Of a stretch of DNA of 64,000 bases, positions 39,401 through 51,377 are shown piece by piece. Below the pieces are notes generated by a model. The model saw only the letters and a program-made list of their open reading frames with translations. It did no database searches and was not told the DNA's origin. The stretch comes from Okamejei kenojei (Eukaryota), in assembly GCA_035221665.1 (NCBI GenBank), contig CM069164.1, positions 16,058,001 to 16,122,000 on the forward strand. Reading direction: 5' to 3'. How positions within the stretch are numbered: the first letter of the stretch is position 1; every line of letters begins with the position of its first letter. The position numbers and the translations under genes are program-made.

Positions 39401-41707
39401 CCAGCTTTCTTTCAGCTCTCAACAAATCTTATTACTACCCAAGAACTTTCCTTCATCTCGCACGCATCCAGAAACAGGGACTGGCTGCCTGAGCAAAGCC
39501 AGGTTGTTGGGAAGGTCAAACATGGAATTTGCAGAGGGAGAAAAACTCCCAGTAATTTGCAAATTCCAATCAACAAAATCAATTCCATTCAGCCGTCCAT
39601 TGAACTATATCTTTGCGAGTTGAGATTTGAAAAAGATTCAGGTCTGTGACTACCGGGGCTTTCCTGACACTGAAACTAATGACATTTTATGTTAAGCAAA
39701 GGAACAAGTATGCTACTTCATTGGGAGGTGCGTTTGAGTTTTTCCAGAAATATGAAAGGACATTTTAATCTGGGCCAAAAGTTTAATTCAAACCCCAGCT
39801 CAAATACTCTGAGAGGTGGATTTGGAAAGAAGGTCAGGGCAAGTTATTTTTGCAAGGACCTGACAAAGTTCCTCAGCTCAGGAGCAAGGGAACGTGTTCC
39901 AGAGAAAGGGCAGAGAGAATTGGCAGGAAACATACCTATGTATTACATTTGCAGAGCTACAGTCTGGCCAGTGTGTTGGTGGGTGAGTGAGGATGCAGTG
40001 TTGAAATACTAACTGCAGTTCATTAATCAGCAATTTGTTAATTTACATTTCTCTCCCCAGTGCTGACAACTGCTTTCATATTGCACCTGTAACACCACAC
40101 CGATCATCACCACATCAAACATTGGCAGTGAAATGAGGAAGCAGAACTCTGGAAGTCGAAGCTCCAGCTTCCATATGAGGAGCCCCTGAGACTCTGAACT
40201 GTCTAAGCAGTAGTGCCAGGGTCCTTAGCAGTGTTTGATTGCAGGCCAAGAATCATTTATTCATCCAACTGGCTATGAGACAGTTGATGAACAACCAATC
40301 CACAGGGCTTGTGACTATTGGTGAAACTATCAGTGATGTGTCTGCCTGGTATTGACAACTCTGAGCATTTATCGAAGTCCGGGGAAGAGAGAAAGTTCTT
40401 TGCTAAGGAAGAAATCCATCTTCATTTTGTATTGGTTATCATCCCTTTCGACTCTTAAACCTGATGCAGAGTCTCAAGTCGAAATGTTGACATTTCTTTC
40501 CCTCTATAGATGCTGCTCAACCCACTGAGTTCCTGCAGCATATTGTTTGTAAATTCTGTACTAGGGAACGTCTGAAGTAGCCTCCCTCTATAATTAGGGA
40601 TTTGATAACATGGGTGCCTCCTCTTGAGCCCAGTGTACCAGTGGAGAGGGAAAGAGCAGGGCACTGCTTCATGGGGACAGGGCAGCAGCTGCAACTCCTC
40701 TCACTTTATCTGATTAGCCTCCAATCTCTGCTTATCTATCTTTGTAAAGCAGAGTTGGTAATCCTGCAGGTGTCAGAGGGCGAGTGAGAAAGGAGACTCT
40801 CACTTTGCTGAGTTAAAAGGCCCTTTATTGATAATATGAAGCTGTTTATTAGGTTATTCTGTGACATGGGAAAGGGTCAGATGGATGGCGAGTCGACCCT
40901 CCATGGAATCACTACTGGCTGGACATAAACACGGTAACAGGATCAGAGACCAGACTCCGTGCCCATCCTCTTGAACATGCAAATATATGAATTCAGAGCT
41001 GGAGCCCATTCCATCCCACAAGCCTCTGCCACCATTCAATAATTCATGGTTGATGTCCCCTCAACAATGTTTCTGCTCTTTGCTTATCTCGATCTGTCTA
41101 CTTCTGCCTTGGTAATATTCAATGACCCAGCTTCCATCTCCCTTTGAGGAAGAGAGTCCCAAAGACTCTCAATTCTATGAGAAAATAAAAATTGCACCTC
41201 TTCTCTGTTTTAAATAGGCAACCCCTTGTGTTTAAACACTGACCCCAGGTTCCAGATTCTCCACGAGGAAACAGTCTCTCCTCCCTGGCAAAGCCCGTGA
41301 AGATCTAAGGAATGGGAAAGAACAAGACTGGGAGAAATGAGGAATGATCTTAAAATCTTTTACAATTTATTGCTATTTATTAATGGTGTGTTAAACCTCC
41401 ACTGAAATTCCAGTTAAACCTCTGTCCAGTGCAGTGAGAGTCTTTCACAAAGTCAGCCTGGCTGACCACTTGACACAACGAACTTTGTGGAAAAAACAAT
41501 ACATTGTTTTTGGTTAACATTGAACTAACTTTGCTATTACACCAAAGATTTTTTTTGGCTTAATATTCTGATGGGAAGTTTAGCCACTTTGAATTTTTAA
41601 TCATAATTCCCTAGTTATAAATAACGGTAAACAGCACAAGATTGCATCTCATTACGGGGACCTGACCTGACCTGTTCAGTGTGAGTGATCTGTTACTCAT
41701 GGCTCAC

Positions 41708-41810
41708 CTTCAGTTAAGGGGTCCAGTGTGTTGATCATGAGCTGGAATATGGTGCTTCGCAGGGTGCTGTTGTGTAGAGAGGGTGTGCTGCATCCTGGCG
41801 CCAGAACCTC
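41708..41810 (-). CDS. SLC24A1: SLC24A1 cytoplasmic-loop exon
   Basis: ...SLHNSTLRSTIFQLMINTLDPLTE, a conserved NCKX1/2 motif; gtgagc donor. Confidence 0.92.
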
Positions 41811-43550
41811 CTTTTGGATAAACATTAAATAAGAAATCACACCAACATATTTCAAAATATTTATGTCAGGGAACTTTCAACATTCATTGAACCAAATATA
41901 TACAAAAATGGAAATTAGGAATCGGAATAAAACCACTGAACTGACTCTACCCTCAAATCACATTTGCATCTATCCCTGGTTTTCTCTCATCCATGGAAGA
42001 GAGTTCCAGAGGGTCTGAATGAACAATGTTCACCTTGTTTTGGACTTAAATGGATAAACTCTTAACAGTAACCTCCTAATCCCCATAGGAGGAAACGTGC
42101 TCTCCACATCTGACAAGCACCCTTGGCAATCTCGCTCTCTCTCCCTCTCCCCCCCCCCCCCCCCCCCCTCCTCCTCTCCCCCTCTCCCCCTCCTCTTTCT
42201 CTCCTCTTTCTCTCGCTCTCTCCCTCCCCAAGATGTATCTGATTAAAGTGTGGGAGCTCCTACTGTAACCAAAGGAAGGCCTACTACAGAACATTCACAT
42301 GTCAAAGTGCCACAATCTGTTTCACATGAGTGTTATCAAGCAGAATTTGAGTCCAAAAGCTTGGCTAAAGAGGTAGGTCCATTTAAGGAGCTAGAGGTAA
42401 AGGGTCAGGGAGAGATTTCCAGAGTCTGGGCTAATTAGCAAGGAGGTGGAAGAGAATAAATAAAGTGTTAACAAATTGCTCCCATAAAAAAGTGAGTCTG
42501 GGGAATAAGTAATTTAAATGAATTGGGGGATGAATGAAACAAGTGTGTAGGATCAGTCTTTATGATAGAAAATACAAGAAATAATACCAGTAGCTCAATA
42601 TTGGGAAATAAAAGGCAAGGAGCTGAGGAAAAGTACAATAATCAGGCCTGTGGGACTGAGCAATAAACTGAACAGCTTCTTGGTCCTGACAGACTTCATT
42701 CTAGGATCTTAAAAAAGTGATTGTTCAGATAGTTGATGCACTATTTTTACAAATGTTCCAAAGTCACTGGGAAGGCTCCATGGGATTGGAAATGGAAAAT
42801 GTAACTCTTTTATTCAAAAATGGAGGAAGACTGGACATAAAAAAATTACAGCCTGGTTAGTTCAATGTCTATCATTTGGAAAATGTGGAACCTGTTGTTA
42901 AATATGTTAAAGCTGGGCATTTAAATCAATTCAGGGTCATCGGGCAATGATTTGAAGAAGGGAAATTGAGTTTGACTGAGTTATTCGAATTGTTTGAAAA
43001 AAATAACTGGTGTTGTGGATGAATGGGAAATAGGGGCAGTACTATCCAGAAGGCTGCATTACAGGTTATGATCGGAAAATAAAAGCTTGTGATGTAGGAG
43101 ATAACATAATTGCATGAAGATCGGTTGGTGAAGAGAACCGTAGGGGAGAATAAATGAGTTTGTTCCTGGTTGTCAAGGTGTAAGGAATGGTGTGCCATAG
43201 GGACCAGTGCAGTGCCCACAACATTTCACAATTTAGATAAATAACAGGTGGAATTATTGTGTGAAATTTTCAGATGAAAAATGTTTAAAAGTACTTTCCA
43301 GAGGGAAGAGATATTGAATGTAGGGAAGTCATGACCACTTATGTAGGGCATTGGCAAGACCAGTGCAGTGCACATTTTTGGTTTCCTTATCTAAAAAGAA
43401 CTTCATGCTTTGGAATCAGTTCAGAGAAAATCTACGACGCAGTGCCTGCAATGTTGTCTTAAAGAAAGGTTAGATAAAGCAATTCTCGTATGTATTGGAC
43501 TTTAGAAGAGTGAGAGGGATGTCAATGGAAACATACAAGATGCTGAGGGT

Positions 43551-43750
43551 AGACACAAAAAACTGGAGTAACTCAGCGAGACAGGCAGCATCTCTGGAGG
43601 GAAGAAATGGGTGACATTTCGAGTCAAGGCTCTTCTTCAGACCTGAAACGTCAACCATTCCTTCTCTTCAGAGATGCTGCCTGTCCCGCTGAGTTACTCC
43701 AGCTTTTTGTGTGTATCTTTGGTTTAAACCAGCATCTGCAGTTCCTTCTT
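43551..43750. mobile_element. Palindromic Penelope-derived repeat
   Basis: About 43551-43620 is the reverse complement of about 43645-43715, around the junction cttcttcagacctgaaac. Confidence 0.85.
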
Positions 43751-44039
43751 TTATTTTTTTTTTCAAAATATACTTTATTCAAGTGATAAATATATACAAT
43801 ACATGAACCTTGCGTAAAAATCCATCCGACATTTTCGGAGGCTGTACAATACCGTTTAGACATTTCTTTTCCCCAAATTTCCACAAATCAGTCCCCCACT
43901 CGTGCCACAATGGCGTGGGATACCTTCCCTTATTTTTGGGGGGCGTCTCCACCATACCGTGCCCCCCATGTCCAGCGGCGGAAGGGCCTTAGACTGTTGC
44001 CCTCCCCCACCGAGCCTTGACGTTGGCTGCACCGAGCTT
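43751..44039 (-). mobile_element. L1/Tx1-like LINE 3' end
   Basis: - strand reads KLGAANVKARWGRATV*, then a 3' UTR, AATAAA and poly(A). Confidence 0.6.
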
Positions 44040-44708
44040 ACACAAGATCCTGAGGGGTTTAATGGGGTAAACACGGACAAGTGAGAGAATCTTGAACTTG
44101 GGGTCACGTAAATGGGTCCCCATTTAAGATAGAGTGGGGGTGAATATTTTTCTCTCAGACGGTCAGCTGTGTTTGGAATTCTTGTTCTCAAAGGGTGGTG
44201 GAGGCACAGTCTTTGAATATTTTTAAGACTGAAATGGTATTAATAAGCAAAGGATTGAAAGGTTGCCGCTGATAGATGGCCTGTAAAGCAGAGGTTATAA
44301 TTAGATCAGCTGCGATTTTAGTGACTGGTGAAGGGATCTGAGAGGCAGAATGCTTCCTGCTTGTAATTTGTCAATCTCTGAGGCAATGTCTTCATTCTCT
44401 TTGTTTTTTCCTGCAATCCTTCTCAACAAACATATAATGACATTGTGTCCTAATGCCCCATAGCTGAGGACATTTGGAGTGTAAGGCTTAACAACCTGGT
44501 TGATTCAAACTGAGAATCTATTTCATTTTCCATCTTATCAATAGGAAATGTGACCATGATGGATTGTAGAGATGACCTTTACTCCATGAAACCATGATTC
44601 TTGTCGTAAATTTCCTAAAGCCACTTGTCACATGAACCAAAAGCTATATCTGCTTTGCATGGTGTTTCTACATATTAATTACTGGAATCTGCCTAATTGG
44701 ACTTTTAC

Positions 44709-44762
44709 CTTGAGCCTGGTATTATCACTTGGTTCTTCATCTTTGAGATCAATATCGTTCTT
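44709..44762 (-). CDS. SLC24A1: SLC24A1 54-nt loop exon
   Basis: tttctctttcttgcag acceptor, aag|gtaaaa donor, phase 0/0; KNDIDLKDEEPSDNTRLK. Confidence 0.75.
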
Positions 44763-46079
44763 CTGCAAGAAAGAGAAATTGAAAATAATTCACCATGCAA
44801 ATGTTTCATAATACTGACTTCCATAAAGATTTGAATGGCAAATGGTGACAGATTAGATCTTTGGATACAATCCCACCCCCATTAAGACTTTCTAAATATT
44901 CATAAGCAAGTGGCCATTATTTCATTAATGTTCACTTGCATGATCACACCTGGGCAGTAGAGTTTTAAGAAACAATACAGAGCTAAGAACAAGGATATCA
45001 GGACTGGTGCTCACAGACTTGGTCAATGAGGAAGCTTCCGAGGACACTCTTAAAATCGGAGACCAAGCTAGAGCAGTTTGGGAAGTGTTCCAATTACATT
45101 TGAAAATAAGATCATTTTCAGGAGACACAAAAACACTGGCGTTGCCGGAATCTGGAGTCAAAACAAAATTGAAGTGCTGGAGGAACAAGTATTTGATGTG
45201 TGTTGGGAAATGTACAGATGACATTTCTCTTTGGGATCTTTTTTTCGTGTTTATTTTCAGTCTTTCTACATAACTGTCTCCCTTTGCAATCTGAACAGAA
45301 CTCTCACTCAGAAAACCAGAAACCACCTCAAACTGATGGGTTTGAGTCAGGTCTGCTGGTTAATTGGATAGAGGAAGGTCAGTTATTTTTTACCATGTTG
45401 CTTTAGTTTAATGTTTTTAGTTACTTCCAGGTGTTCTACGTGTTTTAATTAATTTTAGATTTTTATCAGAAAATAAAGTAATTCTTAATCTTTTTCAGTA
45501 TTCAATTACATTTTCAAAGAACTTGAAATTACTCAAAAACAAAGCTCCACCCCCATCTTTGCTGCCTGTCAAACTTCATCTGTGCTTAGAGGATGGGCCT
45601 CTCTATGACTCCACCCATACAGATATTCAGACCTGGCTGTGTGAATGGCGGGGCAGGCAGTTAGTGAGCCCAGCCCTCTCTCGCTGGCCCAACAAATGTT
45701 GGGATGGGATGGCAAGCAATGATTCCAGGTCATGGAAACGCACGAGACAACACTAACACTCTGCCAACACTCTAATTCCTCTGGCAGCACTCACCCTCAA
45801 AAACCTCTCTTTCGATTAATCCCTGTTTCTACAAATCAAAGGAATAGTCATGAGCACACCTGCGCCAATTTTTATATTGGCTACAGGGAATAGTCCTTGT
45901 TCCAAATTTACTCTGGCACCTATCCCCAACTTGTTCTCTGCCACTGACAGCTGCGTCCTGCACTCGCTAGGATTTTATCATCTTTTCCACCAACCCTGCC
46001 CTCAAATTCACCTGGTAAATGGTCCAACACCTGTCTCTATATCTCCTCTCCAACCTCAATCCAAGGAAAATTAAGTCTT

Positions 46080-46380
46080 TGAAGGAGAGGCAGAGATTCA
46101 AGTGTACTTCCTCTATTTGGTGACCTCATCTACAATGGTGAGACCAAGCGCATACTAGATACGGTTGCCCTGACCTGACGGCGGACATCTTGAGCTTCCA
46201 GTTACATCTCATTTCAACTTCCTTTCCCATTTCCACACCCATCTTTCCTCAGTTGTCCATACCCACATTTCTTCGCAGCCAGGTTGCGGACAAAAGCAAA
46301 CTAGAAGAACAACACCTGATATTCCACTTGGGAAGCCTACAGCCCAATGGTATGAATGTTGATTTTTCAATTTAAGGATC
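46080..46380 (+). mobile_element. Penelope-like GIY-YIG relic
   Basis: ggtgagaccaagcgc (GETKR), LPV..HFN, KLEEQHLIFHLGSLQPNGMNVDF. Confidence 0.8.
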
Positions 46381-48879
46381 CCTGATCCTATTTTGTTCCT
46401 TTCCCACTCTTTCCAATCCACACGGGGTCTCTCTCCCTTTGCTCACTTTTTTCATCCCTCCCCCTCACCTCTCTCATTACCAAGATTCAACTCTCTCCCC
46501 CTCCTGGTTCCATTTGGCCATCATCATCCCTTAACTGGTTCCACCTATCTGACCTCCTTATGTCAGCTATCTCCCCTCTACACTGTCAGTCTTAATGCAA
46601 TGTCATGACCCAAACGGTCTGCCGTGTACTTCCTCCAGTCTCTTGGCTCCCGATTCCTGGATGTTCCCTGGATGCGGTGGGTCCTTTCTTTGCAATCTTT
46701 CATTGGGGAAGTTTTCTGTACGTCACTACGAGATGTTAAATAGGTGGACAATTTCCAGGTGGTTGAGCGGTCACAATGATCATGCTTTCTCTTTTAGGTA
46801 AATGGAGGGGTGATATTTTACACAAAATATGCACAAAGGGTATGGTGAACTAAATACTTAAAATTAAGGCCGTGTTTATCCACAATACTTAATCTCTCTC
46901 GTTTCACAGGCTCATGTGCAAAGCTCCACAGCAATTAGTTTAAAATGGGTCAAGGTAACACAGGATTAATCAGAGTGAATTATGAACACTCCCTGTGAGA
47001 TGAGCTGCCGCTGGAGGTCACTCAAGGAAGGAGAGCAGACACACATTGCCACAGCCTGGGACATTTCCTGTCATTACTGTGACAAGGGAACCATTTTAAA
47101 GAAAAGGTAATGACTGAGACTGTCAGCAGACTGTGGTTACTGACAGAATTGAATGAGCAGTGTGCATGGAGGTTGCAAAATAATGCCAATGGCATACAAA
47201 TTTGCTGGTTGCTCTAAAGTGTGTATGCTGTTGAGAAATAATTTGCAAGTGGACTCAGAACAGAAGTTCATTGTGGAGTCTATCAAACACATTGTCATGG
47301 AGGTGGAGTTGGAAGCGAGGTTACCAAAGCCATCTGTTGGAACAGCCAGTGTTCCAGCTCAACTTCTCTCCACCATAATGTGTAATTCCAACCTTTAGAC
47401 GTATAGTAGTTTGAAAGAACAAAGGGTAGAGGAAGAATGACTGACTCCTTGGGCATGGGATTTATGCCTGCTTAACAAAAGTACCACACATCTTTGCAGG
47501 AAATGAAGAATGCATGTGGCTGGGAAAGGGTCCTTGAGCAGATTTGGTGACTGATGAGGCAACATATTAGCTGTATGAAATAAGTGCTGGGCATACTCAG
47601 CAGGACAAGCAGTATCTGTGCCACAGAGTTGTGTTTCAGGTTGAAGCTCTTTGTTATAACTGGGAAAGAGGGAGACCAAGTCAACAAACCAATTCCTCAC
47701 TTCCCCAGTTCTGATCAAGTTCTTTGACCTGAAGCATTAACTCACGTACCTTTTCCACAGATTCTGCCTGAGCTGCTATGTGTTTCCAGCATTTTCTGAT
47801 TTTTTTTTAAATTTCCCTTTACGGAAGAATGCTGGAACTGCTCAGCTACTTGAACAATGAACAATGACAGAGGAAAGGCTGATATTACAGCTGAAACCTT
47901 CCAGCAGAGCTGGCCAGTCCTTATACAGAAGAAAAGCACGTTTTTCGAGATGATTAAATTCATCGTTGATTCCAAAGAGCTGCAACATGCCCACGGGGAA
48001 GATGAGGTGTTGTTCCTCAAGCTTGGGGCCTTGGAGCAGTGCACGAAGCCAGAGATTGAATAATCAGGATGGGAATGGATGGAGAAAGCTGGTGACAGGG
48101 AACTAGAAGCTCAGAGTCACCCCAATGATGTTCTGTATTTGCCATCTGTGTGACTTCTAATGTCCTCCACCACTTTGCCAACTGGCTCATCTTCACTATG
48201 GATGTCCAATCACTCTCTATCTCCATCCCAGACCTCAAGGGTCTGAGAGCTCTTCTGAATCAGTCCCCACAATTAACTACTTCTCCTTCAACTCTACTCA
48301 CTTTCTTTAAATTAAATGTGAAGTGAAGTGAACTTGTACTGCCTGAGCTACTTGTGTCTTTATCTGGGAGACAGTCCTTGTTTCAGTCCTATTTTGATCT
48401 CTACTCTTATTCTAATGCACTGGTGTGGCTTACTTTGCAACTTCTGTCAGTTCCAACAAGATTCCAATACCACACTTATTCCCCACCCCTCTCCTTTCAG
48501 CCCTCTAGTTATGACTCTCTGATGTGTTCTTCCATCCCCATCTGCCTCTCCCTCATGCTACTTATCCATGTAATTGCTGTTGCACCTCCCATAATTTCAT
48601 ATTTTCCCTTCCTAACATCCAGGGACCCTATCTGTCTTTTAGATAAGACAGCGATTCTTGCACATCTTGCATTTGAGTGCACCAGTGGAAAACTAGCGCT
48701 CAGACTGCAGGGGCAGACATGAGCATACTGTTCCATGCCACTGAAATTCTTCATTCCACTTCACTCTGACCCCTTTATCTGCGGTCTCTGCACACGCAGT
48801 TTCACTAATACACACCGCAGTCACACTGATTGATACACACTCAGTCTCTCTCACTCACACACACACACACACTTACTGA

Positions 48880-50140
48880 GGGTGGGCGAGGGCCCGGGTG
48901 GGGGAGGGGCCGGTGCGGCGAGGGGGAGGGGCCGGGTGGGGGAGGGGGAGGGGCCGGTGGGCGAGGGGGAGGGGCCGGGTGGGGCGAGGGGGAGGGGCCG
49001 GGTGGGCGAGGGGGGAGGGGCCGGGTGGGGCGAGGGGGAGGGCCAGGGTGGGGGAGGGGCCGGGTGGGGGAAGGGGAGGGGCCGGTAGGGCGAGGGGGAG
49101 GGGCCGGGTGGGCGAGGGGGAGGGGCCGGGTGGGCGAGGGTCCGGGTGGGCCAGGGGGGAGGGCCGGGTGGGCGAGGGGGAGGGGCCGGGTGGGCGAGGG
49201 GGAGGGGCCGGGTGGGCGAGGGGGAGGGGCCGGGTGGGCGAGGGGGAGGGGCCGGGTGGGCGAGGGGGAGGGCCGGGTGGGCGGGGGAGGGGCAGGGCCC
49301 GGGTGGGCCAGGGGCCGGGTGGGCGAGGGGGAGGGGCCGGGTGGGGGAGGTCGGCGAGGGGGAGGGGCCGGGTGAAGGAGGGCCCGGGTGCGTCGAGGGG
49401 GAGGGGAGGGGCCGGATGGGGGAGAGGGAGGGGCCGGGCGGGTGGGGGGAGGGGCCGTCGCGGCGAGGGGAGGGGGAGGGGGAGGGGCCGGTGCGGCGAG
49501 GGCCCGGGTGGGGGAGGGGGCCGGTGCGGCGAGGGCGAGGGCCCGGATGGGGGAGGGGCCGGTGCGGCGAGGACCGGGTGGGCGAGCGGGAGGGGCCGGG
49601 TGGGCGAGGGGGAGGGGCCGGTGGGGCGAGGGGGAGGGGCCGGGTGGGCGAGGGGGAGGGGCCGGTGCGGCGAGGGGGGAGGGGGGTTCCGGGTGGGGGA
49701 GGGGCGGTGCGGCGAGGGGGAGGGGCCGGGAAGGGAGGGGGAGGGGCCGGGTGGGGAGGGGGAGGGGCCGGGGTGGGGAGAGGGGAGGGCCCGGGTGGTG
49801 GGAGTGAGGGAGGGGCCGGGTGGGGCGGGGGAGGGGGAAGGGCCGGGTGGGGGAGGGGGAGGGCCCGGGTGGGGGAGGGGGAGGGCCGTTGCGGCGAGGG
49901 GGAGGGCCGGTGCGGCGAGGAGGGAGGGGCCGGTGCGGCGAGGGGGAGGGGCCGGGTGGGGGAGGGGCCGGTGCGCGGAGGGGGGGGGGGAGGGGGAGGG
50001 GCCCGGATGGGGGAGGGGCCGATGCGCGGGAGGGGGGAGGGGGAGGGGGGTGGGGTGGGGAGGGCTCGGAGTGGGGGAGGGGGATGGGCGAGGGGGGGGG
50101 AAGAGGGGCGGGGGAGGGCCCGGGTGGGGGGGGGGGAGGG
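48880..50140. repeat. G-rich minisatellite, about 22-bp unit gggtgggcgagggggaggggcc
   Basis: Directly visible tandem array with variant units; explains the overlapping Pro-rich and Gly/Arg-rich ORFs. Confidence 0.95.
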
Positions 50141-50154
50141 AGGCGCGCTCTCAC

Positions 50155-51377
50155 CTTGACCCCGTGGAGCATGGACACCACTTTGACCACGTTGCTGTTG
50201 TTGGTGACCTGGCGCTTGAACAGCTGCTCGATCTCGCCGTTGTACTTCATGAAGCCGACATAGGTCAGGTAGGCGAGCAGCAGACACAGGCTCTCCCACC
50301 AGCAGATCATGTTGTCCAGGAAGAAGACGATGAGCATCAGCAGGTCGACGATGTAGAAGGAGACGTCGCGGAAGAGCGGCCACCAGCTGAGGTACAGGAT
50401 CTCCCGGGAGAAGATGGCGCACATGCCGATGACGAAGAGGATGTTGAAGACGGCCGAGCCCACGATGGTGCCGATGCCCACGTTGCTGTGGGAGATGAAG
50501 ACCCCGATGAGGGAGGTGAAGAGTTCTGGCGCCGAGCCCCCGGCGGCCATGAAGGTCGCCCCCGCCACGTCGTCCGAGATCTTCAGCCTCTCAATGATCA
50601 CTCCCAAGGACGGAACAAAGAACTCATCGCACACCAGCGCCAGCGCGATGAACATGTACACCATGCCCGTCACATGCAGCAGCACCCAGCCCCGCCGGCG
50701 CTCCTCTAGGCTGAATACATCCACCGGGTACGCGCTGCCGGTGTGGACGGGGCCGGGCCGGGGCCGGGGTCGGGGGGAGGCTCCCCGCTGTTGTCCGGTG
50801 TGAAGGCTGTTGCCGTTGAGGGCGCCGGCACGATCTCGTTGCCCACCAGGATACATCCCCTCAGTCTGGGCTTCACCGACGAGGCCGGTTCACTGCTGAT
50901 GGCGGCGGCGCTGGTCTGGTTGGGAGGAGCCAATGTAGGAGGGGGCCAGTTGGTGGAGTCTCTGGTTAACGGGATATTGGAGCCGAGGGTCCCTGGCCGA
51001 GGGCTCTTGGTCCCGGTGGGACCGGGGTAGGGGGTGCTGGTCCCGTGGGAGTCAGGATGGGGACTCGGGGTCCCGGAGTGAGCGCTTCTGGTCTCCGCAA
51101 GCCCGGAGTCGGGGCTGCTGGTCGTGGCAACCCCTGGCTCGGTGCTTCTCGTCCCGGGGAGCCTGGGGTGTGGAGTCTGGGTCCCGGAGTTGTCAGATGT
51201 TGTGACCTGCAGCAGTCTCCTACTGTAAGGGAAGGAACCGCCTCCGGCCCCCGCTCCCCACAGCGATGATCCCGGCCACGTTCCGGTGGGGAACCGCGAG
51301 AGAGAGCAAATGGCCAGCGCTGCGAGCAGGAAGACGACCCGGCTCCAGCTCAGTCTCCTCCTGCGCCCTGGAAACAT
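50155..51377 (-). CDS. SLC24A1: SLC24A1 large first coding exon (N-terminus to first TM cluster), with apparent 1-nt frameshift at about 50755-50757
   Basis: ATG at 51377 gives [18 protein letters not shown] (NCKX1-like signal/TM0); after the frame change [19 protein letters not shown]...[19 protein letters not shown]...; aag|gtgaga donor; upstream acceptor ttcttctgcag ends at 51729. Confidence 0.9.

Larger units (their letters stand above)
42490..44370 (+). mobile_element. Degenerate CR1 LINE (RT region to 3' end) containing nested insertions
   Basis: CR1 RT remnants (gattggaaa...aatgtaact..tttattcaaaa; aattacagcctggttag); resumes after 44040. Confidence 0.75.

Noticed and set aside
39134-39649. 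171-aa ORF antisense within an SLC24A1 intron
   Set aside because: Starts at TTG in a CR1-like tail, with no recognisable domain or exon structure.
48830-50422. Several long Pro-rich and Gly/Arg-rich ORFs on both strands
   Set aside because: By-products of a stop-poor G-rich minisatellite plus antisense frames of a high-GC3 exon; only 50155 upward on the - strand is real coding sequence.
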